Origin: Sarea resinae
Taxonomy: Eukaryota
DNA length: 64,000 nt
Assembly (NCBI GenBank): GCA_026026165.1
Contig: JAPEUD010000027.1
Span: 186,001 to 250,000 of the forward strand
Direction of reading: 5' to 3'
Notes under the pieces: model-generated
What the model was told of the DNA's origin: nothing
Database searches by the model: none
What the model saw: the letters and a program-made list of their open reading frames with translations, nothing else
In this document: piece by piece, positions 1 to 11,441 of the stretch
Position numbering within the stretch: position 1 is the first letter of the stretch
How the letters are laid out: every line of letters begins with the position of its first letter
Position numbers and translations under genes: made by a program

Positions 1-225
1 AAGCAAGTAAGCAAGTCAGCAAGCAGGCAAACAGCACACCCCCTGAACAAACGAATAAATGAATGAATAGACCAAGAAGAAAAGAGATGAAAGAACAACG
101 AGAGAAGAGACCCGAGAGAAGGAACCAAGCCAGCCTTATCCTTTTCCTTTCCTCTCCTCTCCTACCCGAACCTATCCCATCGTATCGTATCCTATCCTAT
201 CCTATCCCAATAATAACCAAAATCC

Positions 226-3033
226 CTACTCCCGATCCCACGGCCCTCGTCTCAGCCGATCGTCGAAACCGAGGAACACGTGAGAGAGCGAGACGGCGGG
301 ATCTCGGGCGCCGTGGTGTTCTTGTGGTGGTGGTGGCGGGTATGGGGAGGGGGAAAAGGACCGTGATTGTGAAGGCGAGGGCAAAGGCGAAGGGGATCGA
401 GGTCGAGAAGGGGATCGAGAAGGGGGTGATTTGCGAGCGATCAGCGGTAGGGGTAGCGGGGATAGGAGGCGCGGGTTGGGGATCGCGATTGGGATTGGCA
501 TTCCGTTTCGGTTTCGGTTTGGGTTTGATGGTGGTGGTGATGGAGCTGGAACTGGTAATGACGGTTGAGAGGTCCAGGGTGAGGGTACGGAAGACGAGGA
601 AGACGAGGAAGACGAGGAAGACGAGGAGAAAGAGGATGGGAAGGAGAAAGGGGACGGAGGAGGACGGCGGACGGTATGCCTGGTCCTACGCATGACGAAG
701 CTCACTTTCTTCGGGGGAAGAGCCGGACTGTCTCTCTTCTGGTTCGCGTGTACTGCTGGTGCTGCTGGTGCTGATTGTGCTGATTGTGCGTCTACTCGCA
801 TGGTTTCTTCGCAGTGTCCGACTAGACCTGGGATCTCGTCTGCGTCTTCAGCATCACCATTCTCCTCGTCTTCTACTTCCTCGTCGAAGATGGGGCCCTG
901 GTGATGTTGTCTTGCGCCTTGACGTCTTTCCTGCGTCTCGGTCCCTGCCTCTGTCTCTGACCCTGTTACTGTCTCCGGCACGAGCATGTCGTCTGTAGCG
1001 GCTGCCTCGGCGAAGATGGCGGGGATCAAGGACGAAAGGAACGCGGGACGGCGCCAAGGAGGCTCGGCTTCGCTACCTATAGGAGTCATGACCTTATTTT
1101 TCCTCTCAAGCGTCTTCGTTGCGGCTGTCGGGGTGGTGGCAGTAGTAGTAGTGGAAGGCGCAGCTGTAACATCAATCTCTCTTCTCCCGTCAATGAAGGT
1201 TTTCGACGCCGTCTTCTCTGAATGCATGGCATTATACTTCGACACCAGCGACGCTGTCTCTTCTTGCCCGTCTTCTTCCTTCGAACGAACATCCTCTCTC
1301 TTCACGATCGTCGTCCGGAGCGTTTTGACCGCCACGGCTACGGCGGCCGTCGAAGACCGGGATTGCGAATGGTTCGGGCGGTGGCGCTCTGCTGCATCGG
1401 GGCTCGGCTTGGCTTTGCTTGTAACCGGGGACGTAACCTCGCTGTTTACAGCCGCCACATCCTCATGATCCTGCTCCTCGATTCTCGTCGAAACATCCTG
1501 GAAGGAGACCTTCTTCTTCTTCGTCGTGGTAAGAGACGGCGAAGAGATAGAAGATGTCTCTGGCGAGGAGGACTTGGGGGAGAGAGAAGAAGGTTTCGTA
1601 TGGAAGATGTGGTCGTAGTAATAGTAGCCGTCCGCGTACGAAGTCGTGTCATGGTTTCTAGAGCGGTGCAGAGAAGAGATTGCCGGCGAGGTAGGAAGAC
1701 TTGCGGGAGAGGTAGTGGTCGCAGCCGCGGTGATGGCAGGTCCCTGGCTCCTCTTCTCGACGATGCAGTCCTTATCCGACCGCCCACGCTTGCGACATTC
1801 TTCGAGGATCGCGTCCATTTTCTCGTCCGAAGGCGCCTCAAACGTCTTCCTGAAGACACACTCCTTGTCCGGAATCCCTCGTTCGCGACATTTTTCCAGT
1901 GTCATGTCCATCTGTTCTCGGGTCGGGAGTCCCTGCATTTCTTCATCTGACAGGGTACTAAGCGCAGCGGTATATTCGGACATCATCGACGATTCGACCT
2001 GTCCGCCCCCAGACGACTGGGTGGGGACTAGCTCTATCGGAGAAGCAGACACGAGAGACGAAGGGTTCGAAGAAGCCGGCGTCTGAAGAACAGAGGTAGG
2101 CTCAGCCTCGTGACCTCGCCTGGTGATAATATGGCCATCGTGCCCGATGATTCCTATCATTTCCCCAATAGTTGTCTTGCGAGGAGATGGTGCAGGAGGT
2201 GTAAGACGCGCCATCTCTGCCCTCTTCCCGACAACACCGGGCCCATCAGCGAAGCCGTTCATCATAGCCGCGGTGCCGACGTGACCAAAACCACCCTGAT
2301 TCTTCGCGGATTCGATAAGTGCATTTTGCGCCGCCATGCCTTCTGCATCACCGTCACAGTCAACATCGGGACACATGTCGGCGATGATCTTGTAATAGTT
2401 CTTGTACTGATGCCAGTTCATCATGTGTGCCCGGTCACGGCAGCATTCCGTACCCTTATGCCAATGGTTCTTCTCAGGATGGTCCCAAGACGGTTGATGG
2501 TGTGGGTATCGGGGGACGACTGGGGAGCCTCCTGCTGATGCTGTCGTAGCGCTGTCGGTAGAAGCACAGTTGGAATCTGACGAGTTCAACGCGTTTGAAG
2601 GACATAGATCAGGCAATGCCGGTAGGATGATAAATGGATTATACATCACAATGGCTGGATAGATCAAAACCAAAATCTCATCGTCGGATTTGTTCGCCAG
2701 CGGTTCCGGAATAGCTGTCATTGGCAAATATACTAGGACAGGGGTTTCTGGTGCTGGATCCGGCGGTGCTGCAATGGTGATAATGGGGAAGGTCGCGTTG
2801 GTAGTATTGGCGGGACTCTGCTGATCACCTGCTGTGCGTTTCTCGATCGGTGCAGCAGAGGCACGACAGAACCAACACATTCTAGCCAATAAACGGGACG
2901 GCGAGAAATTTGGCTGAGAAACGGGGTCAATGACATGATGCGGGGGGACAGGGTAGACGTTGCGCGCAACGGTCGGTTGGAGGAGGAGGGTGAGGAAAGC
3001 GAAAAGGAGCGCGATGAAGAAGAGTCGCGCCAT
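226..3033 (-). CDS. Putative secreted, largely low-complexity 935-aa protein with multiple dibasic (KR/RR) sites; possible Kex2-processed precursor
   Basis: Uninterrupted 935-aa ORF. N-terminal signal peptide MARLFFIALLFAFLTLLLQPTVA; EKR, GKR, EKR, VKR and QKR sites; internal duplicated two-Cys module. No family recognised. Confidence 0.7.
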   Translation of the reverse strand: MARLFFIALLFAFLTLLLQPTVARNVYPVPPHHVIDPVSQPNFSPSRLLARMCWFCRASAAPIEKRTAGDQQSPANTTNATFPIITIAAPPDPAPETPVLVYLPMTAIPEPLANKSDDEILVLIYPAIVMYNPFIILPALPDLCPSNALNSSDSNCASTDSATTASAGGSPVVPRYPHHQPSWDHPEKNHWHKGTECCRDRAHMMNWHQYKNYYKIIADMCPDVDCDGDAEGMAAQNALIESAKNQGGFGHVGTAAMMNGFADGPGVVGKRAEMARLTPPAPSPRKTTIGEMIGIIGHDGHIITRRGHEAEPTSVLQTPASSNPSSLVSASPIELVPTQSSGGGQVESSMMSEYTAALSTLSDEEMQGLPTREQMDMTLEKCRERGIPDKECVFRKTFEAPSDEKMDAILEECRKRGRSDKDCIVEKRSQGPAITAAATTTSPASLPTSPAISSLHRSRNHDTTSYADGYYYYDHIFHTKPSSLSPKSSSPETSSISSPSLTTTKKKKVSFQDVSTRIEEQDHEDVAAVNSEVTSPVTSKAKPSPDAAERHRPNHSQSRSSTAAVAVAVKTLRTTIVKREDVRSKEEDGQEETASLVSKYNAMHSEKTASKTFIDGRREIDVTAAPSTTTTATTPTAATKTLERKNKVMTPIGSEAEPPWRRPAFLSSLIPAIFAEAAATDDMLVPETVTGSETEAGTETQERRQGARQHHQGPIFDEEVEDEENGDAEDADEIPGLVGHCEETMRVDAQSAQSAPAAPAVHANQKRDSPALPPKKVSFVMRRTRHTVRRPPPSPFSFPSSFSSSSSSSSSSSSSVPSPWTSQPSLPVPAPSPPPSNPNRNRNGMPIPIAIPNPRLLSPLPLPLIARKSPPSRSPSRPRSPSPLPSPSQSRSFSPSPYPPPPPQEHHGARDPAVSLSHVFLGFDDRLRRGPWDRE

Positions 3034-3823
3034 GTTGATTGAGAGACTTTTTGATGTTGGAGGTAAAGAGGTTGAACAAACAGCTAGTCAGTTCACCATA
3101 CTGGTGCTCGACTTGAGGATTGAACGAGCAGTAGAGACGAAAAAAACGATAGCTGAGAAGATGGCGGGAAACGGGTTGGTTTGCGCGAGAGGCGTGCACG
3201 TCTGCGCGAAAAGGGAGATGAAATCAGAAAGGTTTCCGAGAGCATAGGTCTCGGGATATCAATATATACAGCTCGGACGCTAATAACAGGACAAACACGC
3301 CCGGAATCAGAACCAAACCGTATTGGGTATTTGACATCCATAATAGCTGGCATCACTCATGACCAGACGCTGTCACATAGCAGATAACAGGTCCAGAACG
3401 GGTCTGGGCTGAGTAGCCAACACGGGCCAAATCCATTTGTGGATGGATGGACCACTCCAAATGCGGAAAGCGAACCTGAAGTATCGATGTTTACCATCGT
3501 GGTTTCCTGTGTGGTGAGAGGGGCGAGCAAAGATGGAAACCACGCTGCCTATTCGGGCCTCTGAATAGTATACCTTAGCATAACTCATACAACGATAGGA
3601 GGCTGCATGAATTCTTGATGCAGGACCAATAGCGAGACATGAACCGGAAAAGGTTACAAGATGAGCATTGATTTGTGTCAGTACCAGATAAAGTGCGCCG
3701 GACGTAACATCGATATACCAACCCACCCAGGTGTCCAATGCCTCACCAACACCATTTGCTCCTAGCCAGCACTTAGCGCCAGTTGCCTCTTCAATCATTT
3801 AATGTCTCGCTCAATCAACGCCG

Positions 3824-6800
3824 CTATTGTCCAGCCTTGGATATCCCGTTCTGTCCAACGGCCATTTTCTCCTTGGTGTCGCCAGTCACGCTAGACCACC
3901 ATTCCCTTAGCCCTCTTGCAAATCCCCGTTCCTCGGCGCCAAACTCCACTGGTGGGCCTCTGATTTGTATACCGGATCTTTTGAAGAGCGCCCAAGCACT
4001 TGAATTCGTAGAGAGCAACGAGACCTTGCGATTTTGGCTCTGCACTTTGAAGCTCCGTAGCAGAATCGCGTCTCCTGGATCGCAGGTAGGGAGCGCATTC
4101 TTGAAGGGCCGGAATATCTGTACGCGAATAGTGCTGGGGCAAGATGATGGATCGGCAATTAGTAGCGTTGTGTAGTAATCCTTGGGCCCAGTCTTCGCGC
4201 GCTCGACGGGAGCGGACGAGGTGACAATTGCCAGCACATCAACAATCAAGCCAAACTGGGAATGCAACGTGGGAATCGGAGCAAAATAGGACAAGGCGGT
4301 GCGAAGACCTCTAGACTGAGAGGAGGGAGGCGCTTGTAGCATCAAGTCTTCTGCCTTTGAGTTTTCTGTGATGTTGATGGGCAAGTGCGCTTCGGCTGCC
4401 TCGAAAGGAGCAGGCATTGTTGAGGGCCTATCAACTACATCCAGTGCTTGATCTTCCTCGTCCGAAGCTTCACTGCTCTCTGCTTCACTAGAGACATCGC
4501 TGTCCCTCAGAAAAAGTGACTTCTCAGTCGATTTTCGCGGTTCGAACCAAGGGCTTACTGAGCCACTGCTGATGAGATGAGCCGATGAGCTTCTTAATGC
4601 ACGTAGTCTTTCTCTCAGTGGCTGAGGTTGAGCAGTTCCAGAAGTAAGCACAGGTAGACTATCCGCCGGAGTTTGTGGGACATCAGGTAAGGCGAATGGA
4701 ATATCAATGTCTTCTCCTGAGAGTAGCGAATGCTGTTGAGTAACGATTTGCTGTGTCGCAGCTGGGGTAACGAGCTGATCGGGAAGAACATCGATTGAAG
4801 CATCTTTTTCCTCCTGCACATAGCTTGCGAGAGGTGGCGAGGATGGAAAAGAATGATCTTCTAGTAGTAGGCTGGGATAGATGACGTCGTCAGTAGAGAG
4901 TAAGGGCTCCTTTGACTCTGGCGGTTGGGAATCAACTCCTTCTGCTCCGTTGTCTCCCTCCTGTTTCTGGCCGTCTTCCACGCTTTCCTTTTCGATCTCT
5001 TTATGATCGATCGATACTTGCGTTTGAAAATAGAGTTCTGAAGACTGGACGACGTCCTGCAAATCATGGGCATTTTCAATCCAGGCTCCTGCCGGCTCAA
5101 GACCACCGTCCTTGCCATTTCCTTCTCTTTCTTCTTTGCTTTCTTCTTCCTTGTGTCCTGCAATGTCTGTCTCCTCATTTGATGGCTCAGGATGCGCAGT
5201 AGTATGTGAAGACTGAATTACTTCCTCCAGCTGTTGGGCGCTTTCAATCCAATCTCCTGCTGGCTCAATGCCTGTCATTTGCACCTCGCCGCTTTCTTCG
5301 TCTCCTTCGCTTTCTTCGTCTCCTTCGCTTTCTTCGTGCTCTTTCGATCCTTGAAGGTGAATATCAAGTTCTGAAGACTGATAACCCGAAATCACTTTAT
5401 GGAGTTGTTGGGGATCATCAATCCAAATGCCAGGAGGTTCGTTATCTTCCTCTTTTTTCTTCTCCTCTTCCTCGCTCAATTCGTAACTTTCTTCTTGCTT
5501 CTCCGATTCTTGAGATTGTGAGCTAGGTGTAATCTCTGCACCCGAAATTATCTCCTCTAATTGCTGTGCGTTCTCAATCCAAACTCCCGGTGGCTCGATC
5601 TCTTCTTCGAACCCCTTGTGACCTCCCTCGGACTTCCCTTCCCTCTTCACTTCATTTTCTTCCCCGCTTTCTTCCGCGCTTTCCTGAGCGGAACTCTCTG
5701 ATTGACTTGCGATTTCATCTAAATCAATGATTTCCAGAGTCCCTGATTTCCGAGAGGGTTCGTGTAATTCCTCTGAAATGCTCACGACTCCATTCTCCTC
5801 GGTAACTTCATGGGACGTCTTGACCGGAATTTCCTGCTCGTATACATCTTCATCCTCAGAGCTTTCAATGAGTCCTGGATCATGGGCTCCGATTTCAGGA
5901 GACGGACTCCATGGCAGTTCCTTTTGACTTTGTACCGCTAAAGGTAAGCTTTGTTCCATTACGTCGTCCTCATACTCAGCATCTTGATCGTCAGATGAAA
6001 TGAGTGGTCTCTTGATTTCATCCTTAGCTGGCGGCTTCACCAGTGCAGAGATCTGGCTTTGAATTTCATCTTCCGCTTCTGGTCTCTCCACTATGGAAAC
6101 CTGGCTTCTAATTTCATCCTCGGTTCCTGACTCTCCATCATTCGAGACATTTTCATCAGCGGCCTCATCCGAGTCATCGCCAGAGCTTTCGTCCGAAATT
6201 AGATGGACTACTTCTCCGACTCTATATGTCGTCTCCGGCTTTTGCTCCCCATGTTTCTCTGTACCAGTCGAGAAAGCTGCGTCTCCATTGCCACCATCGA
6301 GGCCGAAAATTGTTTCAATCTCAATCGGTTCTGAAAGCACGACTTCGGGTTCTCTTTCTTTACGATATTCGGCTCCCACGTCGTCAGATCCAGGGACCAA
6401 AAGCGTTTCAGAAACTGGAGAACCACCAATAGAAACAGCATCGCTCTCCTCCTGCTCTTGTATTTCCTCAAGAGCACCCGTATCTTCTTTGGGTTGTGAA
6501 AACATTGTACCATCAAGTCCGAATGGCGTTTCAGCTACATAAGGGCCACCTTCTCGCTTTTCCTGGATTTGGAGCAGAGGAGTGGCAGAGTACAGATCGC
6601 CCTCCTCGATTTGCTGATCCGTATGCTCAGACATTTCAGGTGATATTGATCTTTCATAGACATCTTCGGACTCACCCTCGGGAATTTCCAAGGGAAGCTG
6701 AGGATATGAAATTTGTTGGGTAACGGGGAACGTGGCCAGAGTCCTTTCCATAATAGGAGACACCAGAGGAAGTCCAGGCGATGCTAGTGGCTGTAGCTTT

Positions 6801-8037
6801 GGAGATGGGGGGACTCGATCCTGAATTTGCAGATCATGAGGCAAAGAAGTGGGTTCCCAGAGTCCCTCGCCCTCAGCGGCGGAGGGGGGTTGCAGTGGGG
6901 ATGAAGTGACGTGAATTTTAACTTCTGCTGGACCTGTAGGTCGAGGAGCCTCATCGTTATTTCTCAACTCAATCAGATTGGGAGAAAGACTAGGCTCAGG
7001 AAGCGTGTTCCCAATTTCGACTCTCTTTTCTACTATTGTCTCTCTTTCCCCTCCGGCCAACCTTGCTTTCATCACATCCTGGGCAGTATGCTGTTCGCTG
7101 TCTTCCTCTACTACGAGGTCGACTTGCGATTCGATCGTAGCTATATTGTTTTCGGTACTCTGCAATGCTTCGGGCTGCGAGGAGGCTATATCCTGCCTTT
7201 CCTCGCCAGGCTCCGAGCTGTCAACCGCAATCTCTTTTTCTGGGCTAGGCGTCCTATCCGCATATCTCCACTGGCCGCTCTGCCTTGAGAACTTCGTCCT
7301 CTTTCGACCTTTTCCCTCTACAAAACCATCTTCCTCTGCAAAGGGATCGTAACCCGCCTCGAAAAAGGATGTCGAGGAGAAACGCGAGGATTTGAGAAAT
7401 GCAGGAGACGCCCAGACTTCGGATGCTGGAACCACACCCGGTTGTGATCGATAAACCTTTGACTCATAGAAAGTGCGGGGTGAAAGTGGAGGCGTGACTG
7501 CGTGCGCCTCAGGCTCTGGGGACGGTGTTGGATGATCGATATTAATTCGAATTGGCTGCTGATGCCCACGAGTTACCTAGAAACCCTGAATTAATGCCTG
7601 CCCATGATATCCTATGTCCGAATCATGTGGTGTCCACCGACCTCAAGATTCAGTCGCTCTCCATATTTCAGCTCCCAATCTATTCCCTTGCCTGGAGTCT
7701 TCACAAGCGCGTCATCTTTGGTCCACTCCACACCCTCGAGGCTCAATGCTACCTCATCGCCAATGCCGATTCCGGATCTAGCAAAAGTCTTCGCGCTTGA
7801 CCCCTCGAATCGAACTCGAACCTGACCTCTTCTTCGTCTCAAGCGGAAATCGGGTTCCGCAAGTAAGACTGCAGCAGAGCGGCTGGATGAAGAATAGGGC
7901 CACACGAGTGAAACCACCGCAATGATCGACTTGGAATTGGGCTCTTCAATTGATGGATTCAACTTGGCGATTGGGACCGGAGAGGTTGGCTTCGATGCGC
8001 CTTCAGCCTGCGCCTGGTGGGGCCCTTGACTGTCCAT
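3824..8037 (-). CDS. Large (~1380 aa) protein with an N-terminal OB-fold-like domain, long acidic linker and C-terminal Pot1/Cdc13-type (Telo_bind) OB fold
   Basis: Exon 1 8037-7642, intron 7641-7577 (GT..TAG), exon 2 7576-3824 in frame with the 1203-aa ORF. The C-terminal VDVLAIV..GPKDYYTTLLIADPS..VQIFRP..LP..GDAILLRSFKV resembles Pot1 OB1. NLS-like GKGRKRTKF. Confidence 0.75.
5048..5596 (-). repeat. Four copies of a 17-aa coding motif EP[PA]GxWI[ED]xxxxLxx[IV][IV]
   Basis: EPPGVWIENAQQLEEII, EPPGIWIDDPQQLHKVI, EPAGDWIESAQQLEEVI and EPAGAWIENAHDLQDVV, spaced 156-174 nt apart. Confidence 0.9.
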
Positions 8038-9430
8038 GGTCGGATCCCGTTGACCTCGTCTTGAATATCATATCGAACAAGAAAGGTCCATTGAGGATGC
8101 GATGATGCTCTACCTCCAATAAATTGGCACAGTCACGACAGATGCCAGCATGCACGACCTTGACAGTGAGGAAGGCAAACTATCTCCAGTGATCGTCTCT
8201 CCGCGAGGGTAGAAGCATCAACCCACGTAAGGCACGAGCGTCGTCTTTCAGCTGAAGTCATTTACGAAGTACGAAGGAGTACATGGCCTGGTACGGCGAT
8301 CGACAACGCAATACTTAGCAGACCCTTCGCAGATCTATACGGTAGACTGCAGGCGGATCGTGAGCCGAAGCCTTTTGATGTCAGCAGTTGACGATAGATC
8401 TCTTTCGGACCGCATTTCTCCTGATGGCACTGCATCAGTGTTGTCCTATATATGGCTTTGCAGCGATACGTTAGCACGCGCGGAGGATCCAAGGTGCGAA
8501 TATAAACATTGGGCTAAAAACAGCAAAAAATAGATTTCTCTCTGTTTTGTCAATATTGTATTATTTACAGGATTCACCTCCTTTTGATTCTTTCCAGAAG
8601 AGAGTCAGGTCACTTAGATTAAGAGAATATCCGACATCATTTTCTACTCCTCTTCAAAGGTGCGTTCTGGGCACATGTGCTTCCTGTGTGCTAGAGACAC
8701 ACAAAGAGAGCGGGGGAAAGGAGGCTTCAGATTTCTTAGACTACTTCTTTATTTGCCTTGATTAATCCACGAAACTGGGTGGATGGGTGGTTGAACACTG
8801 TGCGCTATGCGATTAGAAAGATGGTTCAACGAGCCTGGCCTAGAAGACTGTACTAGACGGGCTGAGAAAAGATGATTGACGGCCCGCTGGTAAGTAAGAG
8901 TTCTAGTTGATCACGATGCCCGTCTCATAGCAAAGGAGCTTGCTGAAAAAAGGTTTACAGCTGCTTGTAGTACAAGGCGTAAATTTTCGCTGGTTGACTC
9001 CTCTGGGATTCCCCTCCCCGCCGCCGCCGCCCGATCTATGAATCTATGATCCACGCCGGCCCTTTTCCATGCCCACCGTTTCCGCCATGCAATACCCACA
9101 GGTCCCCCAAGGGGCCTAGCGGAAAACGACTGCGTTGATCTAAGATGATGAAGAAAATCGTCGTGAATACAAAAACGCGAAACAAGTCGCTTGATGACGC
9201 CCTTTTCAACTGAATCACCATACATGCAAAGCAAGCACTGCTGAATTGCCTCGCCGTCGAGGCTTCAAGCAGCTTTTGGAACACAAAAACGTTTTGCCTC
9301 CTCGGGGCTCAAAGAATTCGTACATGCCTTTTTCCAAAATTCAAAATCATCCGTTGATCGTGCGATTCCATACTGTACAGGTCTTTTGGAGCTAGACAGC
9401 CCTCAAAATGCTGAATGACTTTTCCCCTGG

Positions 9431-10646
9431 TCATGATGCTGAACTTTTCTGCCGATCAGGAGTGCTGTGTTCCTCGTTGCTTGGATGAACACGGCGCTTG
9501 TCGACGTGGTGATTATTTGGGCCGCTGCCCTTTTCGTGGCGAGCTTGATCAATGGCAGACCGCTGTGCTATACTATCGTCATGACTTTTCCAAACAATGT
9601 TAGTGTCCGGAGGGAATGCCAAGACCCGTTTGATAGTCTCCCTGGATGAATATTAGCACGCAAACGCTGTATAATGTTATTTAGCGAGGCGGGTACCTTA
9701 TCTTGATGTTCCGTCCACCATCAATTCTGGTCCACACACTGAGAACATCTTCTCCACTTCGAACGCTGAGAACTGCACCACAGACTTCCTCCCCAGCTTC
9801 AGCAAATTGGTCGCCCACGATAGCTAGCAGAAGATCCTCCCAGTAGCGATCAGCCACGCCTTTCTTCAGCCTAATGATCCATTTGCCGCCTCTCCTATTT
9901 TCTTTGTCCTCCCAAACGGGACGGACGCCTTTCTTGAAGACATGGTAATCGGATACTGACGGCAAGGACGAGGGGCGTTTGAGATGGCAGTACAATGTCC
10001 AGAATGACTGGACAGATGCAAACGACGCCAGTGCTATTGTGGACTTCTCATAGTCCGAGTATTTAGAAGTAGGAGGACGGTACCAGACGACCCAGGTGTA
10101 CTTCAGTGGATGCTCTGATTGATTCATGCTTGTATTGTGTTGGATCGAAGATGGGCTTTCTTGCTTAGGGTTGGGAACGGTCTCTTTCAAAAGATCTTTC
10201 TCCTTCTTTTCATTGGAAGGCGAGGGTGTCGACCCCGGACCCGCAGCGCTTCCAAAGTCTAGCGCATTTCCAGGAGACTTGGGTGTCTTCGCGGATCCGA
10301 AAGATGCGAAAGCACCTGATCCAAGTCCGAACGCGGACGACGCACCAGATGTCGGAGAAGATATGTTGGTGGTGCTCAATGGGGATATGGCATTGAACGG
10401 GTTTGATCGTCCATGCGAGGAGCTATCACCACCGAAACGTCGAGAGGATGAGTAATTACGAGTAGGATGATCGGAATTGTTGCTGTCGGGATTGGACATT
10501 GATAGCGAGAGCTTGCTGGAGCTGTCGTGTATGATTGTTAATTGTCAATAATGCTCGGCTGGTCCATCAGGGATGTGCGAGTGCGCTCCAATGAAAAGTG
10601 CATGTACTTACTTTGTGCGGCGCGTCCATAGATTGTTGGTATCCAT
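9431..10646 (-). CDS. Translation initiation factor 4E family protein, class II (4E-HP/eIF4E2-like)
   Basis: Exons 10646-10612 (MDTNNLWTRRTN), 10521-9697 and 9641-9431. Motifs HPLKYTWVVWYR, SDYEKS, FWTLY, PVWED, GGKW, CGAVLSVR. Tyr replaces Trp at the W43/W56-equivalent positions, as in class II members. Confidence 0.9.
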
Positions 10647-11441
10647 TGAGGGCAGAGATAGAATCAGAAGGGAAGGAAACAAAGGTCAGGAGAGGGTCTG
10701 AAGCTTGGTGATTCGGAAGGAGCGAACAAGCAGCGACAAGAAGAAAAGGAGGGAAGGGACGATTGTGTGCACTGTCACCAGTGCGCCACTGTGAGCTGAG
10801 GACTTTGAAGATTTAAATATTCGATCGAGGAAGCGACGGAGCAGGCAGTGAGAGGTCGAGTATCGAGAGCGGTTGTGACTTGGAGAGCAATAAATGCGGT
10901 AGGATGGGGAAGAGCGAGCGGTGAGTGGTGATGATTGGGTTATTGCTTTTGGTGTTCAGGTGCAGTGGTAGAGGTGGTGGTGGTGATGATAGGTTTAGGT
11001 AGGTAGGCAAGGTAGAGATGGATGGGTGTTTCCTGTGAAGAGAGCGAAGAGGGAAGCACCGTTCACCTGTACGGGACCAGGTACCCTCTCTCGCCTGGCG
11101 CACTACCTGGCATGCAGGTAAACTTCAGCGGGCACTATCAGAGCAGAGAAACTTCTATGCTCGTACCGTGTACCCCGAATGACGGTATCTCGCAACGCTT
11201 TCAGGTTCCCACCCCACTAGAGGATTAGCGCCCTTCTTCGATCCTCCTCCTCGCCTTCTCGCCTGCGTTTTCCCTTTCTTTTCTCCCTTCTACAACCAAG
11301 ACCACCAACTCAAATCATCGTCAGCTCGAACATTCATTTCTCAACTCAGCTGGCGACTCCGATGTGTGTGTCGAGAATGCCTTATACCCCTCTTATAAAA
11401 CCGTCATCAGGAGGGCCCCTCGTGCGGCTTCCCATGATCTG

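Noticed and set aside
63..695. 210-aa + strand ORF with RKT repeats
   Set aside because: Antisense shadow of the poly-Ser/Pro C-terminus of the 935-aa gene.
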